Below, one piece after another: positions 39,355 to 54,477 of a DNA stretch of 64,000 nucleotides (positions are counted from its first letter, which is position 1; each line of letters starts with the position of its first letter). The notes under the pieces were generated by a model. It did no database searches and was not told the DNA's origin. It saw only the letters and a program-made list of their open reading frames with translations. Source of the stretch: Chrysomallon squamiferum (lineage: Eukaryota; Animalia; Mollusca); assembly GCA_012295275.1 (NCBI GenBank), contig CM022673.1:14446001-14510000 (forward strand). Direction: 5' to 3'. A program made the translations under genes and the position numbers.

Positions 39355-40056
39355 GGATAAAACTTAGAACAAGAATGTTTGGGGTTTTTTTAATTTTTTC
39401 AGAGATATCAAATGTTCCTTGCTCTACTACGATTTTGTGTGTAGATTAGACTTTGGTTTTTAGAGATATCGCGTTTGATATCACTTTTTTTTTTATAAGT
39501 GAACAAATTTGACAGGACACACATACAAAATTATGTTCTTCAAAGATAATACGTTTGGCAAAAATCTTCCTTGTTTTTCTTAGATTTTTTTTTCAAGTGT
39601 GAAAATTGGACAGGAGACACATGCACACGTGTCGCAAACTGGTTCCTCTGATTCGTCTGCCAGTAATGAAGCGAATGAACCGAGAACAGACAGCAGGTCA
39701 ACCGACCATAGCGAGATCTGCCAACCTGAACTCAGGCTTGGCGATTTATCGACAAAACAACGTCACAAAATCCAGTCAGGGGACACATTAAAAGGAAAGG
39801 GCAGATTGCAAATTAATATATTGTTTAGATAGAGTGGGTAGCTTTTATAGAATGCGGTATTTAGTGTAAGCGATGCCAAAACTAAAAGTGAAATGAATAT
39901 TTGAACTGTAAAACCTTCCACTCTCATTACCATTCGAATAAATAATTTGTCAAATAAATGTTGTTATTGCGAATAATGTAACTCTTGTTCCAGGAGATAT
40001 AAACAATTTTATTGCATTTTATTTATTCTTATTATCTTTAAGTCACAGCTAGAGAG

Positions 40057-40160
<104 letters not shown>

Positions 40161-40747
40161 AAATGCAGACGGAGAACAGTAAACTATATATATATAAATA
40201 CACATACACACATACATACGTACATACACACACACATGCATACATAGATACACAGTTTGAAGACTAAAGCATACTATTTGGTACAGTGCAACCTAAAATT
40301 GTGTAATCTCCCTTACACTGTGTTCGTTATATCTCGGAGTCGACGAAGAATGAAAAATAGCTTGGTTTGAATTTTCTGTAACTAACAGATAAAATACTTG
40401 AAACGTTTTTCAAATACTTAAGAACACAGACAAACACACACACACACACACACACACTCACAAACACAGTCACAGTCGATATCATTTTACGCAGAGAGGT
40501 CAAGAATTAATTAAATGAGAGAGAGAGAGAGAGAGACACACACACACACACACAATTAACCAGAATATAAATACTAGCCAGTATGTTCAGGTCTAACTAT
40601 GTTAATCAGTCATGTGCAACCACTGTGAAGACGTCACCAACCATCAAGGATTAATTCTGCAACAAACGGATTACACTAATTACATCAGTGTGTATTTAAG
40701 CTACATGTGAAAGCAAGATCGAACTTAATGTCAAAAAGCTTATTTCA

Positions 40748-42140
40748 TTTAGTTTCATAGTTCGTATTAACAGTTGTCTCTTCTTGTACAACAGATGTAG
40801 AATCAATAGCAGTGTAATCTTTAGTTTCATAGTTCGTATTAACAATTGATTTTTCTTGTACAACAGATGTAGAATCAATAGCAGTGTAATCTTTAGTTTC
40901 ATAGTTCGTATTAACAGTTGACTTTTCTTGTACAACTGATGTAGAATCAACAGAAGCATAATCTTTAGTTTCATAGTTCGTATTAACAGTTATCTCTTTT
41001 TGTACAATAGACGTAGAATCAATACCAGCGTAATCTTTAGTTTTATAGTTCAAATTAACAGTTGTCTATTCCTGTGCGACTGGTGTAGAATCAATATCAC
41101 CATAATGTTTAGTTTCATAGTTAAAATTAACAGCTATCTCTTCTTCTACAATAGACGTAAAATCAATAGCAGTGTAATCTTTTGTTTGATAGTTCAAGTT
41201 GACAGCTGTTTCTTCTGGTACAACAGATGTAGAATCAATAGAAGCGTAATCTTTAGTTTCATAGCTCGAAGTAACAGTTATCTCTTCTTGTACAATAGAC
41301 ATAGAATCAATAGCAGCTTAATCTTTAGTTTCATAGTTCGTATTAGCAATTATCTCTTCTTGTACAGTAGATGTAGAATCAATAGCAGTGTAATCTTTAG
41401 TTTCATAGTTCGTATTAACAGTTATCTCTTCTTGTACAATAGACGTAGAATCAATAGAAGCGTAATCTTTAGTTTCATAGTTCGTATTCACAGTTATCTC
41501 TTCTTCTACAATAGACGTAGAATCAATAGCAGTGTAATCTTCAGTTTCATAGTTAAAATTAACAGCTACCTCTTCTTCTACAATAGACGTAGAATCAATA
41601 GCAGTGTAATATTTTGTTTCATAGTTCAAGCTGACAGCTGTTTCTTCTGGTAGAACAGACGTAGAATCAATAGAAGCTTAATCTTTAGTTTCGTAGTTCG
41701 AATTAACAGTTATCTCTTCTTGTACAATAGACGTAGATTCAATAGCAGTATAATCTTTAGTTTCATAGTTAAAATTAACAGTTGTCTCTTCTTGTGCAAC
41801 TGATGTAGAATCAATAGCAGCGTAATCTTTAGTTTCATAGTTCGTATTGACAGTTGTCTCTTCGTGTACAACTGATGTAAAATCATTAGAAGCGTAATCT
41901 TTAGTTTCATAGTTCGAAGTAACAGTTGTCTCTTGTTGTACAACTGATGTACAATCAATAGCAGCGTAGTCTTTAGTTTCATAGTTCAAATTAACAGTTG
42001 TCTCTTCTTGTGCAACAGATGTAGAATCAATAGAAGCATAATCTTTAGTTTCATAGTTCGTATTGAGAGTTATCTCTTCGTGTACAACTGATGTACAATC
42101 AATAGAAGCGTATCTTTAGTTTCATAGTTCAAGTTATCAG
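40748..42140 (-). repeat. 72-bp mucin-like tandem array, copy C (~19 units), with in-frame stops
   Basis: Same unit. Stops at 41066-41068, 41318-41320 and 41678-41680. Truncated by the junction at 40748. Confidence 0.93.
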
Positions 42141-42417
42141 TTTTTATTGGTTCCACAACAGATGTGGGAGTTGTTATTTTCAGATATGAGTTTTAAGGTT
42201 GTCACTTCTAGTATTGATGTAGAATCAGTAGCAGTGAAGTGCAAGTCGGACTTCGTGTTAACGGTTCGCACTACAACAGAACATGCAGAATCTATAGCAG
42301 TGATTTATTAATACATTTCAGAATTATTATTTTATCATGAAATTATTATTTTATCAAATTTTAATAAATATCCTTTTATTCTATTTTTATTTTCGTTGTC
42401 ATAGCAACTCGTTTTTC

Positions 42418-43644
42418 TTACATTGGCGTGGTGGATGCTTGTCCTGTTGTATTGGTGGTGAGGGGACTCCTAACTGGCATGGGGGGCTCACTTGTGCCGA
42501 GGGTAGAAGAATCGTCACCTGATTAAAAATAAAATAATAAATACATGTTCCTCATATGAGACAGTCACACGCATAGTCATAAGTAAATATGTAAAGTCTA
42601 CACACGCAATAACAAACACAGGCAATACCACACACACAGTGGTTTATACACGCACTGAAACTCACTTACTCAGACAAACTTGTAAATATGTGTATAAACA
42701 CACACACACACACACAAAGCACATATGTATGTACTTAAACATATGTAAATACAAAAGCATAAACACACACACGTTTTAATATATTTTTTCACACGTAAAC
42801 ACACGCAAGTTCCATATCCATCCAAACGTACACATGGAGGACTTGACTGCATACGGTCGCGTACACATATGGTAACACTCGCTTATTCAAGCAAACACAC
42901 GTTCGTTCATTCGCAACAAACACACGCATACACTCTTACATTTACTTTCATCAATACTAGCACGCACACACGCAGGCAGACACTCTCATTATACCCAACT
43001 TCGCACATGTACACGCACATACACATTCATCTACATACACACACACACACACGCACACATCACGTACGTCCACAGATACATAAAATCACGTTCATTCATA
43101 CGCGCATAGGCGGTACACGCGCACACCCATCCTTTCATAAACACACACACACACACTTGCTCACGCCCAGTTATTGCATGTACTAAAGGAAAACAACAGG
43201 ATGATGTTGTAGAACATAAAAAACTGAACCTTTAGCCAGAAGGCCTTCGATAAAGGCCGGCCCCACCTGTAACGCCCCCGAGTTTATCAGGTAAACAGCA
43301 GTTAGGAAGGTTTTCTGTCGAGATAGCGTGGGAGGAACTGTATACGTGACATCAAACACAATCTCAGTTTCGCTGTAAACAACAACAATAAAAATTAAGA
43401 AAAAAACCAACAAAAATACATAGAGAAGAAGATAAAAATTGTAAAAATAGATACCATTGTTAGTATTAGTATTAGTACTAGTTTTAGTTTTAGTATTAGT
43501 TATAGTAGTAATAATATTGTATTATAATTTCATTCAATAAAAACGGTAAAATTAGATACCATAAATTATTATTATTATTATTGTTTTTATTATCATTATT
43601 GTTATTGTTATTGTTATTTTTATTATTGTTATTGTTATTATTAC

Positions 43645-43676
<32 letters not shown>

Positions 43677-44610
43677 TTACTTACTTAAGTGTTCGGATTG
43701 TCATCGTTTTAAATTTAGGCACCATCGACATTCTTTTTACGAGCTTAAAAATAAGAGAAAAAACATATTTCAAGGCAAATTATTTATCACTAACGTTTTA
43801 CTCACTGGGATCTACTCATTAATGTTCTACTCACTGACAATGATAAGTATACTCAGTAATAAACTAATGCTTGATAAAAATGTGCTCACTGATTATGTAT
43901 TCACTGATTATTTAATCGTTGATGAATATTTTACTCGCGCATGATTTGCTTTACAGTGATTTACTTTAATGATTTCCCTGATCGTTTACTCACTGATGAT
44001 TATTACCAAGGATGATTTGCATATTGATGATTTATTCACAGATTTACTCACTGATGATCGATGATTTACTCTCGGATAATTTAGGCACTTGAGATTTACT
44101 CACAGAAAACGTAGTGATAATTTACTAACAAAAATTACAGAGCAGTTCGAAAACGACGAAATTTAATACTAAATAATTCCGTTTATTGTTATTATTATTA
44201 CCATCATTATATAATAACAACAATAATAGTAATAATTATGACGATCATGACGATCATTATTGTTATTATTATTATTTTTTTATCTGTACTAAAGATAATT
44301 TGAGTTACATACATGATTAAGATAATTTATTAGAAAAAAAGCTTTTCAAGTCGTTGTTTTTTTTTCGAACTTTAGACTGAGATAATTTTAGTTGTTTGGC
44401 AATGCTACATCACGAGTTACTGTTTTTACCGCCTTGTGCAGGTCGTCGTACAGCGTCGTGTACGCTGTGGAAAGTTTGTTGTCGTAGACTGGTATCCAAT
44501 GAAACAGCAGACTTATCACTCCCGTTGTGTTGTAGGGATCTCCATTTAATTTAGCTGCAAAATAGTAGTAATAATAATAATTTTAACAATAACGTCATCA
44601 GTAACTTGAA

Positions 44611-44707
<97 letters not shown>

Positions 44708-45072
44708 TTCTTAATACACCGTTAGTTTTATATTATATTATCATTACAAAATCATATTTTATTTAATTACTTACATGAGTAGGTCACCCAGCCGTTACTT
44801 GGTTCAACCAAGATATCGTGGTGTACGACGTCGTACACCCGGCAGTTCGACGTCATCTTATTGAAAGAAAATGTTTTGCAGTCAGTTTCTGCGGCACATT
44901 TCAAAGCGCATTCGATGCGGTCAGTGCCAGAAGTTGACGACTTGATGTGGTGCAGACCAACCATGTCAGAGTACATGACTTTTCGGCGGTATTCTGTTTG
45001 TGGTGAGCAGACCGATGGCTGTAACTTGGCAGAAAAACACGGCAGCAACAGCAACACAAAAAACTCCATCAT
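42418..45072 (-). CDS. PAN-SEA secreted protein, copy C (~241 aa)
   Basis: Exons 45072-44775, 44554-44430, 43743-43685, 43372-43230, 42518-42418 (726 nt). Splice sites conserved with copies A and B. Ends GQASTTPM*. Confidence 0.78.
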
Positions 45073-45795
45073 GGACAAAACTTTAAATTTAGAACAACAA
45101 TGTTTTTTTTTTTTTTTTTTTTTTTTTTTTTGTATTTATTTCTTCAGAGATATCAAATGTTCATTGCTCTACAACGATTTTGTGTGAAAATTAGACTTGT
45201 AGTTTTTAGAGATATCACGTTTGATATCACGTTTTTCTTTTTGAGTGAACAAATTTGAGACGATCCACATACAAGGTTATGTTCTTCAAAGATAACACGT
45301 TTGGCAAAAATCTTCCTGGTTTTTCTTAGATTTTTTTTCAAGTGTGAAAATTGGACAGGAGACACATGCACACGTGTCGCAAACTGGTTCCTCTGATTCG
45401 TCTGCCAGTGATGAAGCGAATGAACCGAGAACATACAGCAGGTCAACCGACCATAGCGAGATCTGCCAACCTGAACTCAGGCTTGGCGATTTATCGACAA
45501 AACAACGTCACAAAATCCAGTCAGGGGACACATTAAAAGGAAAGGGCAGATTGCAAATTAATATATTGTTTAGATAGAGTGGGTAGCTTTTATAGAATGC
45601 AGTATTTAGTGTAAGCGATGCCAAAACTAAAAGTGAAATGAATATTTGAACTGTAAGACCTTCCACTGTCATTACCATTTGTATAAATAATTTGTCACAG
45701 TCAAATAAATGTTGTTATTGCTGGATATGTGACTCCCGTTCCAGGAGATAGAAACAATTTTATTGCATTTTATTTATTCTTATTATCTTTATGTC

Positions 45796-45875
<80 letters not shown>

Positions 45876-46253
45876 AAGTACAGTCTGGGAACTGTCAGCT
45901 ATATATATATATAAATACTCACACACACAAACACACATACACACACACACACACAAACACATGCGTCATTCACACATAGTTTGATGACTAAAGCACAAAA
46001 TTTCGTACAGTGGAACCTAAAACTGTGTTATCTCCCTTACACTGTGTTCGTTATATCTCTGTGTCGACGAAGAATGAAAAATAGCTTGGTTTGAAGTTTC
46101 GGTAACGAACATTTAAAATACTTGAAAGGTTTTTCAAATACTTAAGAACACACACATACACACACACATATTCACACACATATACACACTCACAAACACA
46201 GTCACAGTCGATATGATTTTATGCGGAGAGGTCAAGAATTTATTAAATGAAAG

Positions 46254-46341
<88 letters not shown>

Positions 46342-46832
46342 TACAATTAACCAGAATATAATTACTAGCCAGTATGTTCAGGTCTAACTATGTTAATCAG
46401 TCATGTGCAACCACTGTGAAGACATCACCAACCATGAAGGATTAATTCTGCAACAAACGGATTACACTAATTCCATCAGGGTGTCTTTAAGATACATCTG
46501 ATAGCAAGATCGTACTTAATATCAAAACACTAACGCTTATTTCATTTAAAAACTTTTACAGTTGCGTTTAAACCTAATTGTAGCTCTGTGCTGCAATTTT
46601 CCGTTTATTTACCTCAAATTAATTCCCTTTGATTTTGCCCGAAACGTAATTTGATCAAAGTTTTTTATTGGCAAACTGACAATAGTAATAAAGTGTATGT
46701 TGTTGAACAATTCCCGAGCGGCAAAACCGAGTCTGTATAATACAGTTAACTGAGGGCGATTCAAAGCAGGCTTCACGTATGGCGCACAAAACATATAATA
46801 TAAAAATCAATAACGTTAGAGATTAACCGTTA

Positions 46833-47520
46833 GAAGACGTTACAGTTTAACCGTATGAAGAAGACGTCACAATTTAGCAGTTTAAAGACGTTACAGTTTA
46901 ACCGTATGAAGATGACGTCACAATTTAGCAGTTTAAAGACGTTACAGTTTAACCGTATGATGATGACGTCACAATTTAGCAGTTTAAAGACGTTACAGTT
47001 TAACCGTATGAAGATGACGTCACAATTTAGCAGTTTAAAGACGTTACAGTTTAACCGTATGAAGATGACGTCACAATTTAGCAGTTTAAAGACGTTACAG
47101 TTTAACCGTATGAAGATGACGTCACAATTTAGCAGTTAAAATACGTTACAGTTTAACCGTATGAAGATGACGTCACAATTTAGCAGTTTAAAGACGTTAC
47201 AGTTTAACCGTATGAAGATGACGTCACAATTTAGCAGTTTAAAGACGTTACAGTTTAACCGTATGAAGATGACGTCACAATTTAGCAGTTTAAAGACGTT
47301 ACAGTTTAACCGTATGAAGATGACGTCACAATTTAGCAGTTAAAATACGTTACAGTTTAACCGTATGAAGAAGACGTCACAATTTAGCAGTTTAAAGACG
47401 TTACAGTTTAACCGTATGAAGATGACGTCACAGTTTAGCAGTTTAAAGACGTTACAGTTTAATGAAATAAAGAAAACGGTACAGTGTAGAAGTATGAAGA
47501 AGACGTTGCAGTTTAATAAT
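46833..47520. repeat. 51-bp tandem array (~12 near-perfect units plus a decayed tail)
   Basis: Unit aagacgttacagtttaaccgtatgaagatgacgtcacaatttagcagttta. Confidence 0.95.
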
Positions 47521-47644
47521 ATAAAGATGCTGGAATGTACAGTATAAAAACTTAATAGCTTTTTTTTTCCTTTTTTTTCCCACACCACCAACCTATGATT
47601 TTTGAAGCCTTTTCTGTATAACGTATTGCATTAAGAGTGATTTA

Positions 47645-47714
<70 letters not shown>

Positions 47715-49409
47715 TGATTATTCCATGAGTTAGCAATTTGGTATGATGATGACGATGATGATATTATTATTATTATTCTTATTCTTATTCTTATTATTAT
47801 TATTATTATTTTTAATTAGTGACTCTTTTTATATCACTGACATCAGTTGACCAGTTATAACCTTTGACCTCGCTAATGAACACAGCCGATTATTTACGGA
47901 GGAAGCCAATTAAAGAAAGATGGAAATATTCACGTCACACATTTGACTCGTTTACTTCTCATTAACAGGTCAAAGGTTGTCTTTCCCTCTCTTCTAAATG
48001 AGCCCAGCAGTACTTTTGTCTCCTTCGTTTTTGTATGTATGTATTTCCCTCCTTATTTGTCATCCCTCCAGTGGAAAATCTTACAGTGTATATAGCAGTA
48101 GAATTTCCTATTTTTAATAGATGCTGGTATTTGGAATGAAACAAAATAATAAAATAAAAAGGAATTAATTGTTGTTGAAATCAAAAGAAAAACTGTTATG
48201 TCTTTGCATGCCTACACAATACATTTCACTGTTGTCATCATCTGCCAAGAAACTAATTATTACGTGATGATGATACGAAAGAAAAAAATCTCGAATTCGC
48301 CAATTCATCGATCGGCGTTTCCAATTAAACAAGAAATATTTTATACTGATCTTTATACAGACAGCAATCGATATTATAAAATTACCTTAGGTATGTGTTT
48401 TCTTTCATATCCACCTGTTTGATCTCATTTCATTTTTCTTTTTTCTTTGTTTTTCTTTTCGTTTTCTTCTTGTTGTATTACGTTATTGTTCTTGCCATTA
48501 TTTTTCTCTTTTCAAGTTTGACAAAATTTACGGTGTTTTTGTTACTCATGCAGTGCAGATAAAATGACAAAAATCTTTATAAATTTTTACCTGTAACAAA
48601 AATATTCATTCACATCAAGCTCTTTCACCCCCAACATTCTCCTCCTTCTCTTTCATTTTCACTGTTCTCCCATATCTTTTTTTTATTTTTTTAAATAATA
48701 TTTTTTATTTCATTCATTTATTTTCTGCGTTCGACTATTTTTTTTGTTCGTTTGTTAACGAAGACTTATTTGTATTCTGAGACAGGTCGATGGTAAGAAC
48801 GGAAATGTAGGAGAGAGTTAAAAAAGCGAGGTCCGAAGAGGAATGGGAAAAAATACAGAAAAAAACCCCCAAAACAACAGAAAAAGAAATTGAAAGTTGG
48901 TCTATTTAAAAAGTCATCAATCTGTATGTCACAGCAGATTTGTGTTCTGATTGTCCTGGGTGCTGTGCTAGAGTGTTTCAACGCTTCCCTCTCTCTCGGG
49001 TATTTTCCTCAGACTTGATACATCACTGTCGTTTCTCTCTCACAAAACACGCTAGCTTCGATAATTCGTCATTTAGCCACTCCTCGTTCCCGGGTGCCCG
49101 TGATGCAGCGAAACAGTCATTTCTGTTCCGCTTTCCGAGCAGATGCCACTTTTTAACTAATTTCTATTTTCTACAATATGGAGGCGCCAATCTGCGCGTG
49201 CCTCGAGACACTCTCTGCAGACCAAAAACAATGATGCAGTTGCCAATATTGGTCGTGGACTGCTCATCTCCAGTAACAGCGGCAGTCAGTTCGAACAGAG
49301 GCGATTATTTAGTAAATGGATTCCAAACATCGCAAAAAATCATAGCAGACACGTTAATGTGGGGCAGTAAGAAAGACTGTCTGACAACTAATGTTCGTTT
49401 TGTAAACTA

Positions 49410-49645
49410 AAAATTACACATTTTGTAAGAAAACATATACGTTTTCTAACAAACAATACATTTTGCAAAAAAATACACGTTTTGTAAACAAACAATATAT
49501 TTTGTAAAAAAAAACAATATACATTTTGTAACAAACCATATACATTTTATAACAAATAATACATTTTGGGAAAAAAATAATATATATTTTGCAAAAAAAA
49601 ACCAATATATTTTGTAACAGAAATACACGTTTTGAAACAAACAAT
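49410..49645. repeat. Degenerate ~22-26-bp AT-rich minisatellite
   Basis: Recurring aaacaatata(c)attttgtaa units. Confidence 0.75.
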
Positions 49646-52600
49646 GTAACTATGATCACATTAATATCTGGTAGGAATATGATCTAATAAATAATTTCCA
49701 GAACTTGAAATCAAACAAAATTATTGAATTTATTTGTGTGAATATTCGCAAATTTTCTTTTCTTTTTTGTTCTTTTTTATTTTTCTTCGTTTCTTTTATT
49801 TTATTACATTTTTTAAAATTATTTTTAAAAATTAAAATGCCTGTTGTTGATGTTGTAAATGTTGTTGTCATTGTAAAACTACTTCTTCTGTTTCTTTTCA
49901 TCTGAAAATAATGAGTATTGACATTGACAATGAATGTGTTCTGTCGAAGAAACGTCTTGATATGATTCTTAGCAAATCATTTCTGGTTCTGAATGTTGAT
50001 GTCGTTGTCGTTGGCACTAAGTGCATATACTGTATATTATGACGGACGTGGATGACGTATTCAGGTGTTTTATTTTGATGTACTTAAAATAATTTCTAAT
50101 GTCTATTCATTTCAGCGTTTTGTTTTGTCTTCGATGAAATCAGTGTGTTGAAAAAGGTAATAAAAAATAAAAAATAAAAAACCAATGAAACATATAAACC
50201 AATTTCACAAACGTTAAACAATGTGTGAACCAAAATGTTGAAAATAATTATTCTAATCTTTAATGTTTTATTTTGATGCTGCTAATACAATATTTATTTA
50301 TTTATTTTTAGAAATTTTGTGTATTCGTTTCTTTATTTTTCATTTTAATACATTTTTTCTGCCTTTTTATTTCTCATGTTAATTTCTCATATATATATAT
50401 ATATATGTATATGATTAAAAATAAGAAAAAAGACCAAAACCAGAAAAAAGAAATGAAAATTGCAACAGAAAAAACAACCACCTGAAATAGAAAAAGAAAA
50501 GAAAAAAGAAAATTTTGTTTTCGTTTTCCTTATATTATTATCTTTCTTGTAACAGAACTAATCCAATTTTAAAGATCACTGGACCAAGAATGTTCTCCTC
50601 TCCAGCTGCACTGTAAAGAAAAGTTATTTATGTTTATACGTTCACAGACCTTTGAAAATAAAAATAAAAAATGAACATGGAAAAATAATAAAATAAAATA
50701 GGTGGAATGTTATATGGGCTCCTGAAATTAATATGGTTTAAACGAATGTGATCACATATCTATATAAGTCAGCTAATTAGTGCTTGTTTGTTTATGTCAG
50801 ATCTGAAATAGAAGTCTGTTTATGTTTTAACTATTTTTTTTTTTAAAGATTTGAATTTAGCTGTGTACGTTTATATTTACATTGTGATGTTATCTACGTG
50901 TCTGTTCATCTGTGTCAATATTTCAAAGTACATCTGGCTAAATTTATACTATGCGGTAAATAAATAAATGATAAGTCAGCAAAGTTTTATCTCTTAATAT
51001 ATATATATATAGCAATAATATAAAATAACTTCAATAAAACATTTACGTCAATATGTACAATAACAAAAATATAATATTTACGTCATAATATAATAATTTA
51101 AAATAAAATACTTGTCATAATGTAAAATATCTAAATAATATACTTAAGTCATATATATACATACATATATGTACATACGTACGTACACATACACGTACGT
51201 AATAATATACATCATAATGGTAGTAAATAACTATATATAATGTTTACGTCATAATATTTTGTATATTTAGATCATGACGTAAATACATACATTCAGCAAC
51301 ACGATCACTTCCTCTTGAAAATCAGTCTGTTATGAATATTTCTAACATCGATATTTCGTTTTATCCTGTTACAGCTGAACAGTATTCGAGATATCGGAGA
51401 TGGTTTCGTGTTTGAAGTTAATCAATATGCACAAAGCTCATTTCTTACGAGTTCGTTCGTCTGTGTAATCGTGTGTCGTAAATTAATTTCACAATTTTCA
51501 ACATTTTAACATCAGATGTATAGGGCGTTTTATAAAAAACCGTGCACGCTTATTTTCAGGGGTAAAGAAATTTCCGCTCGGGTCTGGATTAGAAACTTAG
51601 TAAGACGTGATCGTATCGGAAAAACGAGACTGCCGGAAATAGAGCAAAGTGTAATAATAAACGAGGTTTATTGCACGAGCAAAAAGATATTATGTTGAAG
51701 ATATTATATCAAAGATGTTAATTTATTATTTCCAGTATTTGATTAAAAAAAAATGTTCCTTACCAAAAATAAACTGGATATTTTCTTTCAGTTATGTCCT
51801 TACGTAGCTATGAGGTTACAGAACTAACCTAAATCATGATGTTTCTTCTCGATTTGTTCCCTTACATTTTCCCGTTCCAACCATCTGTTTGTTTTGTTGT
51901 TGTTGTTGTTTTTTTTTTTTTTTTTTTTTTTTTATCGTTATTAGGGGTCTACGATATACCAACATCATTTTCTTATCAGTTACTGACTTTATTAAATGAC
52001 GTGACTGGAAATTTAATATGAAGCTGTGTTGGTTTTAAATGCACGTGTTTTCTACGTTTTCTGTTGAAGAAACAAAGGGTAGTTCTGTGTTAGAGCGTTG
52101 AACTGAGGATGATGACGTCGATGCGGCAGTACGTCTGCTTCTCGCTTGCGTTAGTCAGAGCCACGAGCCTGGCTTATTTAAAAATAAAATTAAAAATTAA
52201 AAAAACTTCCAGTGATCTGTATTTTATACTTGTGGGAAAACACAAATAAAAAATGAATAAAAAATAAATAAATAAAAAAAATTGTGGTTTGCTTACTCTT
52301 ATCATAACAATGGAAATAAATGTGCAACTGACATCTAAAATAGTTTGGAAGCAAAATGTGTTTCAGAATTATTACTCTTTCATTTAATTAACGCTTTAAA
52401 TTTTTATATATTTTTAAATTGCATAATGTTTAATTTTAAAAAGATGGATGTGTAAATAACTAGCAATATTGTGAATGAATTTGAATTTAAAAATATATAA
52501 AATATTCTCCACCATTACTATTCCAAGTTAAACAAATAAAAATTAAAAAAATAAAATAAAATAAAAAAATAAAAAAAAAGAAATGAAAAAAGAAAGAAAG

Positions 52601-52849
52601 AAAGAACAAAAGAAATTAAAAAAATTATTAAAAGTTCTTGCCTTCAGAACGGAACAAAAATATAAAACTGTTGGTTGGTAATTTAATAACGGAAATGATG
52701 TCAAAAGTAGATATATATTTAACTCATTTTATCAGAAAATATTGCTTCATAAACCTCAGATTCGGAGAAAAATAATGATTTGTTGTTGTGGGGTTTTTTT
52801 GTTGTTTTTTAAATAAATCAAAATTTCACAAATAAATAGCACGTATTAT

Positions 52850-53065
52850 AAAAATGGTTACAAAATCATAATTTATATATTCGTTTAGTATTTTTAAACT
52901 GGTTACAAACTATATTTAAGTATTCATTTATTATTATAAAAATGGTTACAAAAACATGCTTTATGTAATCATTTAGAATTTTAAACTGGTTACTAAAATG
53001 TACTTTATCTGTTCGATGAGCATTTATAACTGGTTACAAAAACAAACTTTATATATTCGTTTAAG
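52850..53065. repeat. Degenerate ~42-47-bp minisatellite
   Basis: Five copies of a(a/c)tggttacaaaa...ttatatattcgtttag. Confidence 0.7.
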
Positions 53066-53453
53066 ACTTGTGCAGCCTCGGTTCTGAACACTGCGTCTAC
53101 CGGCTAAACAGCGGTCTTGTTAAACAAACATTTCATCTTTTCATTCTGCGAGTATGAACGATTGGTTCTCACATTATTTCATTACGTAAAATCGTTCATC
53201 TCGGCTGCCTGCAGTTCCTGTGTAACTGTGCGAGGAAGCTCTTAAAGTATCATTAATAACGCTAAGCGCATTGCCAAGTATAATCCCGCAATTGTAACAC
53301 AGCAGTTGGATGCCGCTGAATAGCAGAGAGGAAATACAACAAAGAAAAGAATTAGAACATGAAGGCTCATTCTTCACATAAAAACCTTTAGGCTGTCTTC
53401 AAATCTGCTTCTTCTAGTTTTCTATATTTATTATACTCGTTTTTTTTTGGAGG

Positions 53454-53486
<33 letters not shown>

Positions 53487-53505
53487 TCTTTTTTTTAAAG
53501 TTTCT

Positions 53506-53542
<37 letters not shown>

Positions 53543-53790
53543 AAAGAAGAAAAAATTAACATGAAAAAATTCTTACTTGACATTAACTGCGTAATCAAAA
53601 CGAGCGGAATGTTATATTAGAAATGCTGCATTTCGAATATTTCTTTTGGTCTGATTTAAAAAAAATTATTTTATTTTAAATTATATTATGTAATATCTAA
53701 AAATTATTTTTAATATTATCAAGACAGTAAATTATTCACAGATTATCTTTAAAAAAATAACTACAAAAAAATAAATAAATAAATAAATAA

Positions 53791-53851
<61 letters not shown>

Positions 53852-54398
53852 TAAAAATCTTGTAAATAAATCAGTACGAAGAAAGAAAGTGGATGTTATT
53901 TTATTTGGACCGATGTAATTTTACCCGTTTTATCTGTACATCTGTTCGTCTGTCTGTATTTTGATATGTGTGTGTACGTGTGTACGTGTACGTGTGTGCG
54001 TGTGTATGTGTGTACGTGTGTGTGTGTGTACATCTGTACGTGTGTACGTGTGTGTGTGCATAAGGTATTTTCTAGTATTGTCTGTTTAGAAAACAACAGA
54101 GGAAGTTAGTGTAGCGGATCTGTGGGAGTAGATTGAGTAATAAACCTAATTTCAACCAAAAGTCCTCAGGGCTGATGGTAAAAACTCGCACATAACTGAA
54201 CAGTAAAGATAATTCACTTCGACACCTTTTCCTGCGTGTACGCATTTTCCTAGCTAATTCGAATCCGCGCTTTATAAGCTCCCAGCTGGCAATGGACGAA
54301 ACAAGTTTTACAGACCGATTTACAGGCACAAAATGTGTTTTAGTATCGAGACTCGGGTCTAATTGTCAGACATCCTTGTCAAATATCCTGATGTTTGT

Positions 54399-54477
<79 letters not shown>

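Noticed and set aside
46833-47520. CRISPR-like appearance of the regular 51-bp and 72-bp arrays
   Set aside because: Units are head-to-tail with no unique spacers, there are no cas genes, and the context is eukaryotic.
46855-47547. ORFs with (MKMTSQFSSLKTLQFNR)n
   Set aside because: By-product of a 51-bp (3n) unit, interrupted by stops, with no splice or gene context.
48940-49410. 156-aa ORF
   Set aside because: Non-ATG start, no domain pattern and no clear splice boundaries.
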